Source: Verrucomicrobiota bacterium
Lineage (GTDB): Bacteria; Verrucomicrobiota; Verrucomicrobiia; Limisphaerales; UBA11358
DNA length: 64,000 nt
Assembly: GCA_049510295.1 (NCBI GenBank)
Contig: JBEKZC010000014.1
Span: 1,595 to 65,594 of the forward strand
Direction: 5' to 3'
A program made the translations under genes and the position numbers. This document shows positions 36,092 to 45,051 of the stretch, in pieces. The notes beneath the pieces were generated by a model. That model made no database searches, had not been told where the DNA came from, and saw only the letters and a program-made list of their open reading frames with translations. How positions within the stretch are numbered: the stretch's first letter is position 1; each line of letters starts with the position of its first letter.

Positions 36092-36480
36092 GAATTTTCC
36101 TGGACGCCAACATCCTTTTTTCCGCCGCGCGGTCTGACAGCCGGATGCGGGCGTTTTTGAAAGTGTTATCCAAACGGGCGGATTTGCTCACCAATGCCTA
36201 TGCCGTCGAAGAAACCCGGCGCAATCTGGAACTGAAATCTCCAAACGACCTGAAGTTATTGGAACAGATGGTCAGGCGGTGTGAAATGGTTTCGCAACTG
36301 GCGGCCGACTTGGAAGTTGAATTGCCGCTCAAGGACCGGCCGATTTTAGGCGGAGCGATTGCCGGTCATGCCACACATCTGCTCACCGGCGATGAACGGG
36401 ATTTCGGAAGGTTTTGGGGCAAAGCGGTTCGGGGGGTGAAAATCGTTTCGCCCAGAATGCTTGCTGAAGAAGTGCTTTGA
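36088..36480 (+). CDS. PIN domain toxin (VapC-like)
   Basis: MRIFLDANILFSA has the N-terminal acidic PIN signature. LLTGDERDF lies near the C-terminus. 130 aa. Confidence 0.7.
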   Translation: MRIFLDANILFSAARSDSRMRAFLKVLSKRADLLTNAYAVEETRRNLELKSPNDLKLLEQMVRRCEMVSQLAADLEVELPLKDRPILGGAIAGHATHLLTGDERDFGRFWGKAVRGVKIVSPRMLAEEVL

Positions 36481-36488
36481 CGTTTGCC

Positions 36489-36534
36489 AGCCGCAATTTT
36501 TCGCCGCGCTGGAGGAATACGCGCGCCGCCACCG
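36489..36534 (+). repeat. direct repeat copy 2 (orphan duplicate of the uppS 3' end)
   Basis: Starts 9 nt after the PIN stop. Read in frame it gives QFFAALEEYARRHRPTIFP-stop. Confidence 0.9.
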
Positions 36535-36582
36535 CCCGACAATATTCCCCTGACGCGATGCCCCCGGCCCGGTCATCGCAAT

Positions 36583-37032
36583 TCAGGCTGAGGCGGGCGT
36601 TTTGTCACCCCCGTCCTCGCCGAGCGTGGCGCGAATGGCGGCTAGCAATGCGACACGGTCAATCGGCTTGGGGAAGAACCCCACCGCTCCGGTGGCCAAG
36701 GCGTTCTTCTTGTCTTTCGCCGACTTGTCACCGGAAATGATGATAATGGGAATGTCCTTGGCTTCGCCCATGCGACGAAGCCATTCAATGATGAAAAACC
36801 CGTCCTGTAGCGCCCCGCCGACATTCGCCGCATCGGGCGGGAACAGGAGGTCAAGCAAGATCAAATCCGGCCTTTCCTGGGCAACGATGCTGGCAGCTCC
36901 CGGACCATCAGTGGCCGTGAACACCTGATAACCATTGGAGATCAACGCTATGGACAATGTTTTTAGAATGATCTGATCATCATCCACCACCAAAATCTTT
37001 TTGCCACCCGGAATGGCTGTTTCAGCATTCAT
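36583..37032 (-). CDS. single-domain response regulator (CheY-like receiver)
   Basis: KKILVVDDD, phospho-acceptor region LILLDLLFP, FFPKP. 149 aa with no output domain. Confidence 0.85.
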   Translation of the reverse strand: MNAETAIPGGKKILVVDDDQIILKTLSIALISNGYQVFTATDGPGAASIVAQERPDLILLDLLFPPDAANVGGALQDGFFIIEWLRRMGEAKDIPIIIISGDKSAKDKKNALATGAVGFFPKPIDRVALLAAIRATLGEDGGDKTPASA

Positions 37033-37415
37033 AGGCTCGTGAAGTGTGTTTGAACTCGAAAAAAAGAGCTGCCGAGATTATGGAACTTTTGTCTGTGCCG
37101 GACAAGCCGCAGGGGAGAGGGAAAGCGTTCGCTCTCATGATGATTTGACACTGCGCGGGAGCGGCGCAGGTTTCAATAAAAATATTCAACAAAATCACCC
37201 GTGTTTACCTGGTTTCTTAACCCGACAGTTGTGAGCGCGTCTATAAAAAAACAAGGAATGAACAGTGTGACCGTTATGCGTTGCACCCGCATTGTTCACG
37301 CCACGAAGCGGTGTGTCATTAAAAAAATCCGCAGTGCGAATGCGGAACGGGATCTCGGAGCGCCGGCGCTCCCAAGAGGATGGCAAAGCGTACTTACCCC
37401 ACCTTTTAACTTGTT

Positions 37416-38654
37416 TTGCAGGCACGCTCTGTTATGCCAATTGTCATGAGCAAAAAACCTGGATTCGGGGTTTTGCTGTGTTTCGCCGGCTTGACAGTGC
37501 TGGCGGCGTCGCCAGCCGGTCAGGAAAAGCTGGCTTCGGCCAACACCGGCTTCGCGTTTGATTTGCTGAGACAAATCACCCGGGAACAACCGGTCACAAA
37601 TGTTTTCATTTCACCGTTCAGTGTTTCGAGCGTGCTGCAAATGGTCGCCAACGGCGCAGCCGGCGAGACTAAGGCGGAAATGCAGCGCGTCTTGAAAACG
37701 ACCGGTTTGCCGGCGGAAACGCTGAATGCCGCCTGCAAGGATTTGAATCAGTCCCTGAATTCGCAAACCAACGTGATTTTGAACCTGGCCAACGCGATTT
37801 GGTATGAAAACTGGATCCATTTCACGCCCGCCTTTGTTTCCAACAATCAAAAATGTTTTCAGGTCAAAATAGCCGGAGTAGATAGTTTCACAAATGCGGA
37901 ATCGGCGGACATCATCAACGATTGGGCTGAAAAGAATACGCACGGGAAAATCAAACAAGTTGTTCGGTTTCCATTTCCTGCAAGCACGCGCGTGGTTTTG
38001 GCGAACGCGATTTATTTCAAAGGCAAGTGGGCCGAGCCGTTTGACAAAAGCCAGACCAAGCCGCGGGACTTCCATTTGTCCAAAGGTGGCGAAAAACAAG
38101 TCCCGATGATGCGGCAAAGCAGGACTTTCAGCTATCAGGAAGGCGACGGTTTTCAAGCGGTACGGCTGCCTTACGCTGGCGACCGATTGCAAATGTATTT
38201 GTTTTTGCCCGCGACAAATTCGAGTCCGCAAAAATTGCTCGCAAATTTTAACAGCGAAAGTTGGCACAACAAAATTTTGCCGCAATTTTCAGATCGAAAA
38301 GGAATGCTCGTGTTTCCAAAATTCAAACTGGATTACAATATTTTGCTCAACGACTCGCTGGAAGCTCTAGGAATGAAATGCGCCTTCGTAGAAGGCGAGG
38401 CGGATTTTTCTCGAATGGTGGATAATGACAATCTGTTTATCACGATGGTGAAACAAAAAAGTTTTGTGGACGTGAACGAAGAGGGCACCGAAGCCGCAGC
38501 AGTGACGACAGTAATGTTGAGTGACAGCGTAATGTCGCTACGTCCTCCCAAACCTTTTGAAATGATCGTGGACCGGCCGTTTCTGTTCGTGATTGACGAC
38601 GACTCGACGAAATCCGTCCTGTTCATGGGCGTGATCTATGACCCGGCGGGGTAG
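37416..38654 (+). CDS. serpin family protein, secreted
   Basis: N-terminal hydrophobic segment. Serpin hinge EEGTEAAAVT, then PFEMIVDRPFLFVI. The start may be ATG at 37434 or 37446. Confidence 0.85.
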   Translation: MQARSVMPIVMSKKPGFGVLLCFAGLTVLAASPAGQEKLASANTGFAFDLLRQITREQPVTNVFISPFSVSSVLQMVANGAAGETKAEMQRVLKTTGLPAETLNAACKDLNQSLNSQTNVILNLANAIWYENWIHFTPAFVSNNQKCFQVKIAGVDSFTNAESADIINDWAEKNTHGKIKQVVRFPFPASTRVVLANAIYFKGKWAEPFDKSQTKPRDFHLSKGGEKQVPMMRQSRTFSYQEGDGFQAVRLPYAGDRLQMYLFLPATNSSPQKLLANFNSESWHNKILPQFSDRKGMLVFPKFKLDYNILLNDSLEALGMKCAFVEGEADFSRMVDNDNLFITMVKQKSFVDVNEEGTEAAAVTTVMLSDSVMSLRPPKPFEMIVDRPFLFVIDDDSTKSVLFMGVIYDPAG

Positions 38655-38885
38655 GGCGGGGGCGACTGAAAAGCGCCCACCTCACCCCGGCCCTCTCCCC
38701 CGTCGGCGACGGCGGAGAGGGAGAGCTTTCGTCAGTCGGTCGGCAAATCGGGCATTACTGCAAATTTCGCGATTCAAACGCATGCTGTTCCTTCTTTCCG
38801 CAAAGCGGGATCAGGATGAGGACGAGCCACGAACATCCTCACCTTTCCACTTGTTTTGGTTGGTCACTCTGCTATTCAAGTCCCC

Positions 38886-39506
38886 GTGGGCAATAAATTT
38901 CGATTGGGTGTGCTGGGTTCCGGCAAAGGCTCGAACTTTGTCGCGATTGCCATTGCCTGCGCAGCGGGAAAAATTCCGGCGGAAGTCGCCATCGTCTTGA
39001 GCGATGTCGAAAGCGCGGGAATTCTGACCCGGGCGAGCGAGCGGAAAATTCCCGCGCAGTTCATCCCGCCGGGAAAATTCCGCACGAAACTGGACGAAGA
39101 CGCCGAACGCGCATTTGTGGGGGCGCTGCAAATGGTGCAAGTGGATTTGATCGTGCTCGCGGGATTCATGCGGGTGCTGAAGGGCGAGTTTCTGCGCGCG
39201 TTCGAGGGGCTCATCGTGAACATTCATCCGTCGCTGCTGCCGTCGTTTCCCAACCTCGAAGCCTGGAAGCAGGCGCTGGATCACGGCGTGAAGCTGACGG
39301 GTTGCACGGTGCATTTTGTGGATGCGGGCGTGGATTCCGGCGCGATCATCGGGCAGCAGGCGGTTCCGGTTTTGGACAATGACACGCCGGAGATGTTGCA
39401 TCACCGGATTCAGGCTGCCGAGCATGAGCTTTATCCGAAATGTATCGCGGCCATTGCGCGCGGGGAAATTTCGGTGGTGGGACGACGGGTGATCCGGAAA
39501 AAGTAA
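38886..39506 (+). CDS. purN: phosphoribosylglycinamide formyltransferase
   Basis: LGVLGSGKGSNF, VLAGFMRVL, NIHPSLLPSFP. GTG at 38886 preferred over the ORF start at 38856. Confidence 0.85.
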   Translation: MGNKFRLGVLGSGKGSNFVAIAIACAAGKIPAEVAIVLSDVESAGILTRASERKIPAQFIPPGKFRTKLDEDAERAFVGALQMVQVDLIVLAGFMRVLKGEFLRAFEGLIVNIHPSLLPSFPNLEAWKQALDHGVKLTGCTVHFVDAGVDSGAIIGQQAVPVLDNDTPEMLHHRIQAAEHELYPKCIAAIARGEISVVGRRVIRKK

Positions 39507-39509
39507 ATC

Positions 39510-39661
39510 AACCACGGATGAATACGGATAACAAAGCTTTTCAAGGTGGGGCGCGAGACTCCGTGCGCGCCGTGGTTGGAATCTTTGCGAGCGGCGGGCA
39601 AGGGGACTGCCCGCCCTACCGTTCCATGCTTTATCCGTGTTTATCCGTGTCCATCCGTGGT
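39510..39661. mobile_element. MITE-like unit bounded by ACCACGGATG words in inverted orientation
   Basis: ACCACGGATGAATACGGATAA (from 39511) against TTATCCGTGTCCATCCGTGGT (to 39661). Internal hairpin GGCGGGCA..TGCCCGCC. Confidence 0.5.
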
Positions 39662-39667
39662 AAAAAA

Positions 39668-40141
39668 ATGAAGGCCATTTCAATTGTTGCCGCAGTTTTC
39701 CTTTGTCTGCTGGCCGGGTGCCGCACGAACCGGAAGGCGGAGGACCTTAGCGAAAGCCGGAAACTTGAGAGCCGGGACGATTTCAAAATTGAAATGGCGG
39801 TTTACGGCTATTTGCTGGAAAAACACCCCTGGGACAACGGCGAATACACGGCGATTTTCCTTGAAGGCAGCGATGCCAGGGTGGCGGCGCTGATTCGGAA
39901 ATTTCCAAATCATGTTCCGCCCATCAAGCCGAGCAACCGGGCGCAACTGTGTCCGAACCAGGCGCCGATTGACAAGGACACGGGCAAACCAGCAATGATC
40001 CTGAGCGCGAAAGCCATGGACCCGACGAACGATGTGTCCGAAGCCATCGGCACCTGGTACGCGGGCGAGGCGGCGTCGGGGCTGTGTGCCTTCGTGCTGG
40101 TGAAAGTGGATGGCCAGTGGACCATTCAAAGCGCAAAGTAG
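39668..40141 (+). CDS. lipoprotein, function unknown
   Basis: MKAISIVAAVFLCLLAGC lipobox. Confidence 0.65.
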   Translation: MKAISIVAAVFLCLLAGCRTNRKAEDLSESRKLESRDDFKIEMAVYGYLLEKHPWDNGEYTAIFLEGSDARVAALIRKFPNHVPPIKPSNRAQLCPNQAPIDKDTGKPAMILSAKAMDPTNDVSEAIGTWYAGEAASGLCAFVLVKVDGQWTIQSAK

Positions 40142-40421
40142 CGTTGTGGGGACGCAACTTGGCACAACTACCAACCAGCGATCTGAGTCGGTTTGGTGTC
40201 CCGCCTTCAGGCGGTCCGGACAGCACTTGGCTTGGATCACTGATGAAGACCGCCTAAAGGCGGGACACCGAACGGTGGCAGTGGCCGGTTGCGCTTCCGA
40301 GTTGACACGGATGAAAAAGTTGGCGTTTCCGCGCCGAATTTGTCAGATTGATCCGGCACGCGCGGGAAGGGATCGTCGAAACGGCATTCGCGCCTTTGCG
40401 CCTTTGCGTAATTTTTTTTAA

Positions 40422-41297
40422 ATGAGCAAGAAATTAAGATTCGGCCTGCCCAAGGGCAGTTTACAGGAGGCCACCATCGAAAAGATGGCCAAGGCCGGCT
40501 TTAACATCCAGGTCAGCAGCCGTTCCTACATCCCCTACGTGGATGACGACGAGCTGGAAGTCCGGTTGATTCGCGCGCAGGAAATCAGCCGTTACGTCGA
40601 GCATGGTTATCTCGACTGTGGCATCACCGGCTACGACTGGATCATCGAAAATGGCTCGAAGGTTCACGAGGTTGGCGAGTTTTTGTTCAGCAAGGTTTCG
40701 CGCCGCCCGGCCCGCTGGGTGTTGTGCGTGCCGGAAGATTCGCCGGTGAAATCGGTCAAGGATTTGCAGGGCAAGCGCATTGCCACCGAGGTCGTCAATC
40801 TGACGAAAAAATATCTGAAGAAGCACGGCGTGTCGGCCGAGGTGGAATTTTCCTGGGGTGCGACCGAGGTGAAGGCGCACGAATTGGTGGACGCGATCGT
40901 GGAAGTCACCGAGACCGGCTCGTCGTTGCGCGCGAACAAACTGCGCATCGTGGACGAATTGCTGAGTTCCACGCCGCGGCTCATCGCCAATTACGGCGCG
41001 TGGAAGGATTCTTGGAAGCGGAAAAAGATCGAGACGCTCTCGATGCTGCTGAAGGGCGCGCTGGATGCCGAAGCGAAAGTCGGATTGAAAATGAACATTG
41101 CCGAGAAAAATCTTAAGAGCTTGCTCAAGAATTTGCCGGCGTTGCGCAACCCGACCATTTCCAATCTGAGCCTGAAAGGCTGGGTGGCGGTGGAGACGAT
41201 CATTGACGAGCACGTCGTGCGCGAATTGATTCCGCAGCTCAAGGCTGCCGGCGCGGAAGGCATCATCGAATATCCGCTGAATAAAGTGGTGTATTAA
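40422..41297 (+). CDS. hisG: ATP phosphoribosyltransferase (long form)
   Basis: [13 protein letters not shown]-terminus. 291 aa with a C-terminal regulatory domain. Confidence 0.9.
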   Translation: MSKKLRFGLPKGSLQEATIEKMAKAGFNIQVSSRSYIPYVDDDELEVRLIRAQEISRYVEHGYLDCGITGYDWIIENGSKVHEVGEFLFSKVSRRPARWVLCVPEDSPVKSVKDLQGKRIATEVVNLTKKYLKKHGVSAEVEFSWGATEVKAHELVDAIVEVTETGSSLRANKLRIVDELLSSTPRLIANYGAWKDSWKRKKIETLSMLLKGALDAEAKVGLKMNIAEKNLKSLLKNLPALRNPTISNLSLKGWVAVETIIDEHVVRELIPQLKAAGAEGIIEYPLNKVVY

Positions 41298-41384
41298 AAA
41301 TACGGAGTGCTGGAGCGTTGGGGTGTCGAAAATTGAAGATTTTTGTTGCATAACCTCATAACTCCATTACTCCATTAGCGACTT

Positions 41385-41486
41385 ATGGGTTCATTAAAAA
41401 AACGCCGCAAGGCAAAAATCAACAAGCACAAACGGCGCAAGAAGCTGCGCTTGAATCGTCACAAGAAGCGCACCTGGCAGAAGTAA
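41385..41486 (+). CDS. 33-aa highly basic protein, ribosomal protein bS22-like (AURKAIP1/COX24 family)
   Basis: Translates to [33 protein letters not shown]. Same length and pattern as actinobacterial bS22 (MGSVIKKRRKRM.KKKHRKLL...). Below the ORF-track length cutoff. Confidence 0.65.
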   Translation: MGSLKKRRKAKINKHKRRKKLRLNRHKKRTWQK

Positions 41487-41529
41487 TCTGCTTCGCGCAT
41501 TGATTCATCCGTTCGCGTGCGGTTGCCTC

Positions 41530-41559
41530 ACCGCGCCGGGGCGAGCGGTTTTTATTTTT
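41530..41559 (+). terminator. short GC stem plus T-run
   Basis: ACCGC-10 nt-GCGGT followed by TTTTATTTTT. Confidence 0.35.
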
Positions 41560-41660
41560 GTGCAGGAGTCTCTCCCGGATTGGGGGAGAGACTCAAGTTT
41601 GAATTGAGTTCAGGTTGGAAGTTGGAAACTCCTCACGTCGCTGCCAACTGATTAAAAGTG

Positions 41661-42044
41661 ATGGAACATCGTTTTGACAAACATTACACCCGCGACGAGG
41701 CGCGCGCGCTTTTGCCGCAAATTCGCAAATGGCTGGAACACCTCAACCGGCTGCGACATGAATTGGAACGCTTCGACAAACGGCTGAGTGGTTTGACAGA
41801 GCAGGGGAACGACATCGGCGGCGGAACGGTGAACAACTGGATTCGCGCGCTCGCGGACATGCAGGAGGTTCTCGCCGAATTTCAACGCCGCCGGATTTTC
41901 GTCAAGGATTTGGAGCGTGGCCTGATTGATTTTCCCGCCATCATGGGGGACAAAGAGGTTTTTCTTTGCTGGGAACAGGACGAGGAAGACATCGAATTCT
42001 GGCACGACCTCGACACCGGCTTCGGCGGTCGCGAGCGGCTGTAA
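41661..42044 (+). CDS. DUF2203 domain protein
   Basis: KDLERGLIDFPAIMGDKEVFLCWEQDEEDIEFWHDLDTGFGGR matches the DUF2203 pattern as I remember it. Confidence 0.7.
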   Translation: MEHRFDKHYTRDEARALLPQIRKWLEHLNRLRHELERFDKRLSGLTEQGNDIGGGTVNNWIRALADMQEVLAEFQRRRIFVKDLERGLIDFPAIMGDKEVFLCWEQDEEDIEFWHDLDTGFGGRERL

Positions 42045-42123
42045 CCCCTGGGAGCGCCGGCGCTTCCAGGAATTGCGCTCCATCCGATGGTTGCCGGAAA
42101 TCGGTATAAACCCTGGAAGCCGT

Positions 42124-43257
42124 TCAATTCGCGCTTTGCACCCGGCCGGTGTGACGGGCATCGGCGCGGAACATCGGCCATGAACTCTTCGCCGGCGGTC
42201 CCAACCCATTGGTTGAATTGATGGCGTACAAAAATTTGCCGTCACAGATAAAAACGGTTCCGTCGCTCCCAATAACCGGCGAAGCGACGAGGTTTCCAGT
42301 CGTGTCCACCTGCCACAGTCCGCCACCGTTTTGTTGAAGGGCGAACAACTGTCGCCACGGCGCGGGGAAATAAATCACGTTGTTTGCGGCAACGGCAGGT
42401 GAGGCGTCAATCAGAACGTCCGAACACCATCGTAATCCTGCTTTTCCGTCGGGGCCGACGGAAATGTCACATTTATTTACCGACAAATACAGGTTGCCGC
42501 GTTCATCAATCACCGGCGAGGATTCGGTTGCGCCGCCGGTGTGCAACCGCCACAGTTCCGAGCCGTCCGGTCGCAATGCATAAAGATTGCCATCCGTCGA
42601 AGTAAAATAAATCGTGCCGTCCAAACTGATAGCCGGTGAGGAGATGATAGGTGCGCCAGTTGTGAACGACCATAAAAGGCTGCCGTCCGGTCTTAACGCG
42701 TAAAACTTTTTATCATGCGAGCCGAAGTAAATTGTTCCGTTCTTCCCAATCGCCGGTGACGAAACCACGATGTTGCTCGTGGCAAAAACCCATTTCTTTG
42801 AGCCGTTGGGATTGAGCGCGTAAAAATTTGCATCCCACGAACCGAAATAAATCGTCCCGTCCCCGGCAATCGCCGGTGAAGAATCAATCCACGCGCCGGT
42901 CGGAAAAGCCCATTTGAGTTTCCCGCGGGGTGTGACGGCGTAAAATTTCCGGTCGCGCGCGCCGAAATAAATCGTTCCGTCATCGGCAATCGCCGGGGAC
43001 GATTTGATTTCGGAATTGATCTTGAAAGCCCACTTCACCTTGCCTTGCGGTGTAACAGCCCGCATTTTGCCGGCAAAGTCGGCTTGATAAATCGTTCCAT
43101 CCGCTGCGATGGCCGGTGACGAATCAGCAACATAACCCGACATCCGGAGCAGCCAAAGATTTGTTGGCGGAGATTGCGCGTGGCAGATGAGCTGCGCGCT
43201 CAAACAAAACGAACCCGCAACAATTTTGACCCAATGAGTGATAATGGAGCGCTTCAT
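42124..43257 (-). CDS. PQQ-like beta-propeller repeat protein, secreted
   Basis: Signal peptide. About eight repeats of roughly 40 aa of the type SSPAIxxDGTIYFGSxDxxFYA. Confidence 0.8.
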   Translation of the reverse strand: MKRSIITHWVKIVAGSFCLSAQLICHAQSPPTNLWLLRMSGYVADSSPAIAADGTIYQADFAGKMRAVTPQGKVKWAFKINSEIKSSPAIADDGTIYFGARDRKFYAVTPRGKLKWAFPTGAWIDSSPAIAGDGTIYFGSWDANFYALNPNGSKKWVFATSNIVVSSPAIGKNGTIYFGSHDKKFYALRPDGSLLWSFTTGAPIISSPAISLDGTIYFTSTDGNLYALRPDGSELWRLHTGGATESSPVIDERGNLYLSVNKCDISVGPDGKAGLRWCSDVLIDASPAVAANNVIYFPAPWRQLFALQQNGGGLWQVDTTGNLVASPVIGSDGTVFICDGKFLYAINSTNGLGPPAKSSWPMFRADARHTGRVQSAN

Positions 43258-43354
43258 TTCATGTCAGTAAAACCATAAAAGGCGCACCCGGCAAACGCAA
43301 ATCGCGCCGCCGAACTTGCATCTGCCGCATTCACGCACTACCTTTCGCCCGCTT

Positions 43355-44284
43355 ATGGAAAAAGTTGTCATCATCGGTTCGGGTTGCGCGGGCTGGACGG
43401 CGGCGCTATACACCGCACGCGCCAATTTGCAGCCGCTCGTCCTCACCGGCGGTCAGCCCGGCGGACTGCTCATCACCACCAGCATCGTGGAAAACTTTCC
43501 CGGCTTTCCCGAAGGCGTGGACGGCTACGAACTGATGACGCGGATGCAGAAACAGGCCGAACGCTTCGGCGCGCGCGCCAGCTTCGGCACGGTCGAAGCG
43601 GTGGATTTCTCCAAACGTCCCTTCACGCTCACGGTGGACGGCGAAAAGGTCGGGGCGCAGGCGGTCATCATCGCCACCGGTGCGAGCCACAAACATCTCG
43701 GCGTGCACGGCGAAGATTTGCTGGAGACCAAAGGGGTGACGTATTGCGCGACCTGCGACGGCGCCTTGCCCGTTTTCCGCAACCAACCGCTCGTCGTGGT
43801 CGGCGGCGGCGATTCTGCGTGCGAAGAGGCGCTTTATTTGACCCGGTTCGGTTCGGTCATTCATCTCGTGCACCGGCGCGACAAGTTGCGCGCATCCAAA
43901 ATCATGGCCGAACGGGTCCACATTCATAAAACCATCAAGCCGATTTGGGATTCCGTCGTGACGGAAGTCCTCGATGTGAAGCAGGACAAGGTGACCGGCG
44001 TGAAATTGAAAAACCTCAAGACCGGCGCGGAGACGATTTTGAACTGCGCGGGCGTGTTCGTCGCCATCGGTCACGGACCGAACACGGAAATTTTCAAGGG
44101 GCAAATAGAAATGGACGCCAACGGCTACATCATTCCCCGGAAAGGCACGATGACGAATGTGCCGGGCGTGTTTGTGGCGGGCGACTGCGCGGACCACGTT
44201 TACCGGCAGGCCGTCACGGCCGCGGGCACGGGTTGCGCGGCGGCGATTGACGCGGAAAGATTTCTGGCGACGGAAAATCGGTGA
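43355..44284 (+). CDS. trxB: thioredoxin-disulfide reductase
   Basis: VIIGSGCAGWTAALY, redox centre CATCDG, GGGDSACEEA. Confidence 0.9.
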   Translation: MEKVVIIGSGCAGWTAALYTARANLQPLVLTGGQPGGLLITTSIVENFPGFPEGVDGYELMTRMQKQAERFGARASFGTVEAVDFSKRPFTLTVDGEKVGAQAVIIATGASHKHLGVHGEDLLETKGVTYCATCDGALPVFRNQPLVVVGGGDSACEEALYLTRFGSVIHLVHRRDKLRASKIMAERVHIHKTIKPIWDSVVTEVLDVKQDKVTGVKLKNLKTGAETILNCAGVFVAIGHGPNTEIFKGQIEMDANGYIIPRKGTMTNVPGVFVAGDCADHVYRQAVTAAGTGCAAAIDAERFLATENR

Positions 44285-44393
44285 AACTAGGGCCGGGGAT
44301 ACGGTGGCGAACAATTTATTGTGGCAACCGACATGAGGAGGCTCATTTCTGTTTTTTGTTGCCGAAGCATGGCAAAACGCATCCACTGTTTGC

Positions 44394-44870
44394 ATGAGAA
44401 CATTTCTTTCGATTCTGGTTGTCCTGACATTCGCAATCAAATTGTCTGCGGCTGACACCAACGCACCCACGCTGTCAAAAACCAACACCTCCGCACCGTT
44501 GAAAATCGGCACGGGCGAGGCGGACAAACATTACGGTCAGGAAATGATTGTGACGGGCAAGGTGGCGCAAGTCACCATCCGTCCAAAGGTGATATTTCTG
44601 AATCTGGACCGGCCCTACCCGGACTCGCCGTTCACCGTGGTCATGTTTCCGGGCGAATATCTTGCCGACGTGAAAGCGCTGGACGGAAAAGCGGTGGAAA
44701 TAAAAGGCAAAATCAAGAACTACCATGACAAGCCGGAGATCGTGCTGGATAACACCAATCAATTGACCGTGCTGGGTTCAACGGTCGCAACCAACGCTCC
44801 GGCAGCTACACTGCCAACCCATGCCCCGCCGCCGCCCACGCAATCCACCAATTTCCCGGAAATCATGTGA
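44394..44870 (+). CDS. secreted protein with OB-fold-like core, function unknown
   Basis: Signal peptide. VTGKVAQVT...FLNLD...PFTVVMF...GKAVEIKGKIKNYHDKPEIVL pattern. Confidence 0.55.
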   Translation: MRTFLSILVVLTFAIKLSAADTNAPTLSKTNTSAPLKIGTGEADKHYGQEMIVTGKVAQVTIRPKVIFLNLDRPYPDSPFTVVMFPGEYLADVKALDGKAVEIKGKIKNYHDKPEIVLDNTNQLTVLGSTVATNAPAATLPTHAPPPPTQSTNFPEIM

Positions 44871-45051
44871 TGGGCGGAATAACGGATGGCCCGGCGTCGG
44901 GAAATCTTTGCGGATAGCCGGCAAATCCTGTCGCGCGAATTTTCAAGGGGACGGCGAACGATTCTCCTTCTCCGCGGGAAAACATGTGGCGAAAGCTTGA
45001 ATCGAATTTTTTAACGCGATACTTTTTGACATTCAATGTGCGAGAACCTCT

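Noticed and set aside
35791-36480. A larger integrated mobile element or prophage around the toxin-antitoxin cassette
   Set aside because: No integrase, transposase or phage-like gene lies between or beside the 46-nt repeats. The flanking genes (uppS and the response regulator) look native.
40142-40421. A histidine attenuator leader peptide upstream of hisG
   Set aside because: The only ORF ending here has no run of His codons. The region consists of inverted GGTGTCCCGCCTT.AGGCGG words and the GCGCCTTTGCG tandem word.
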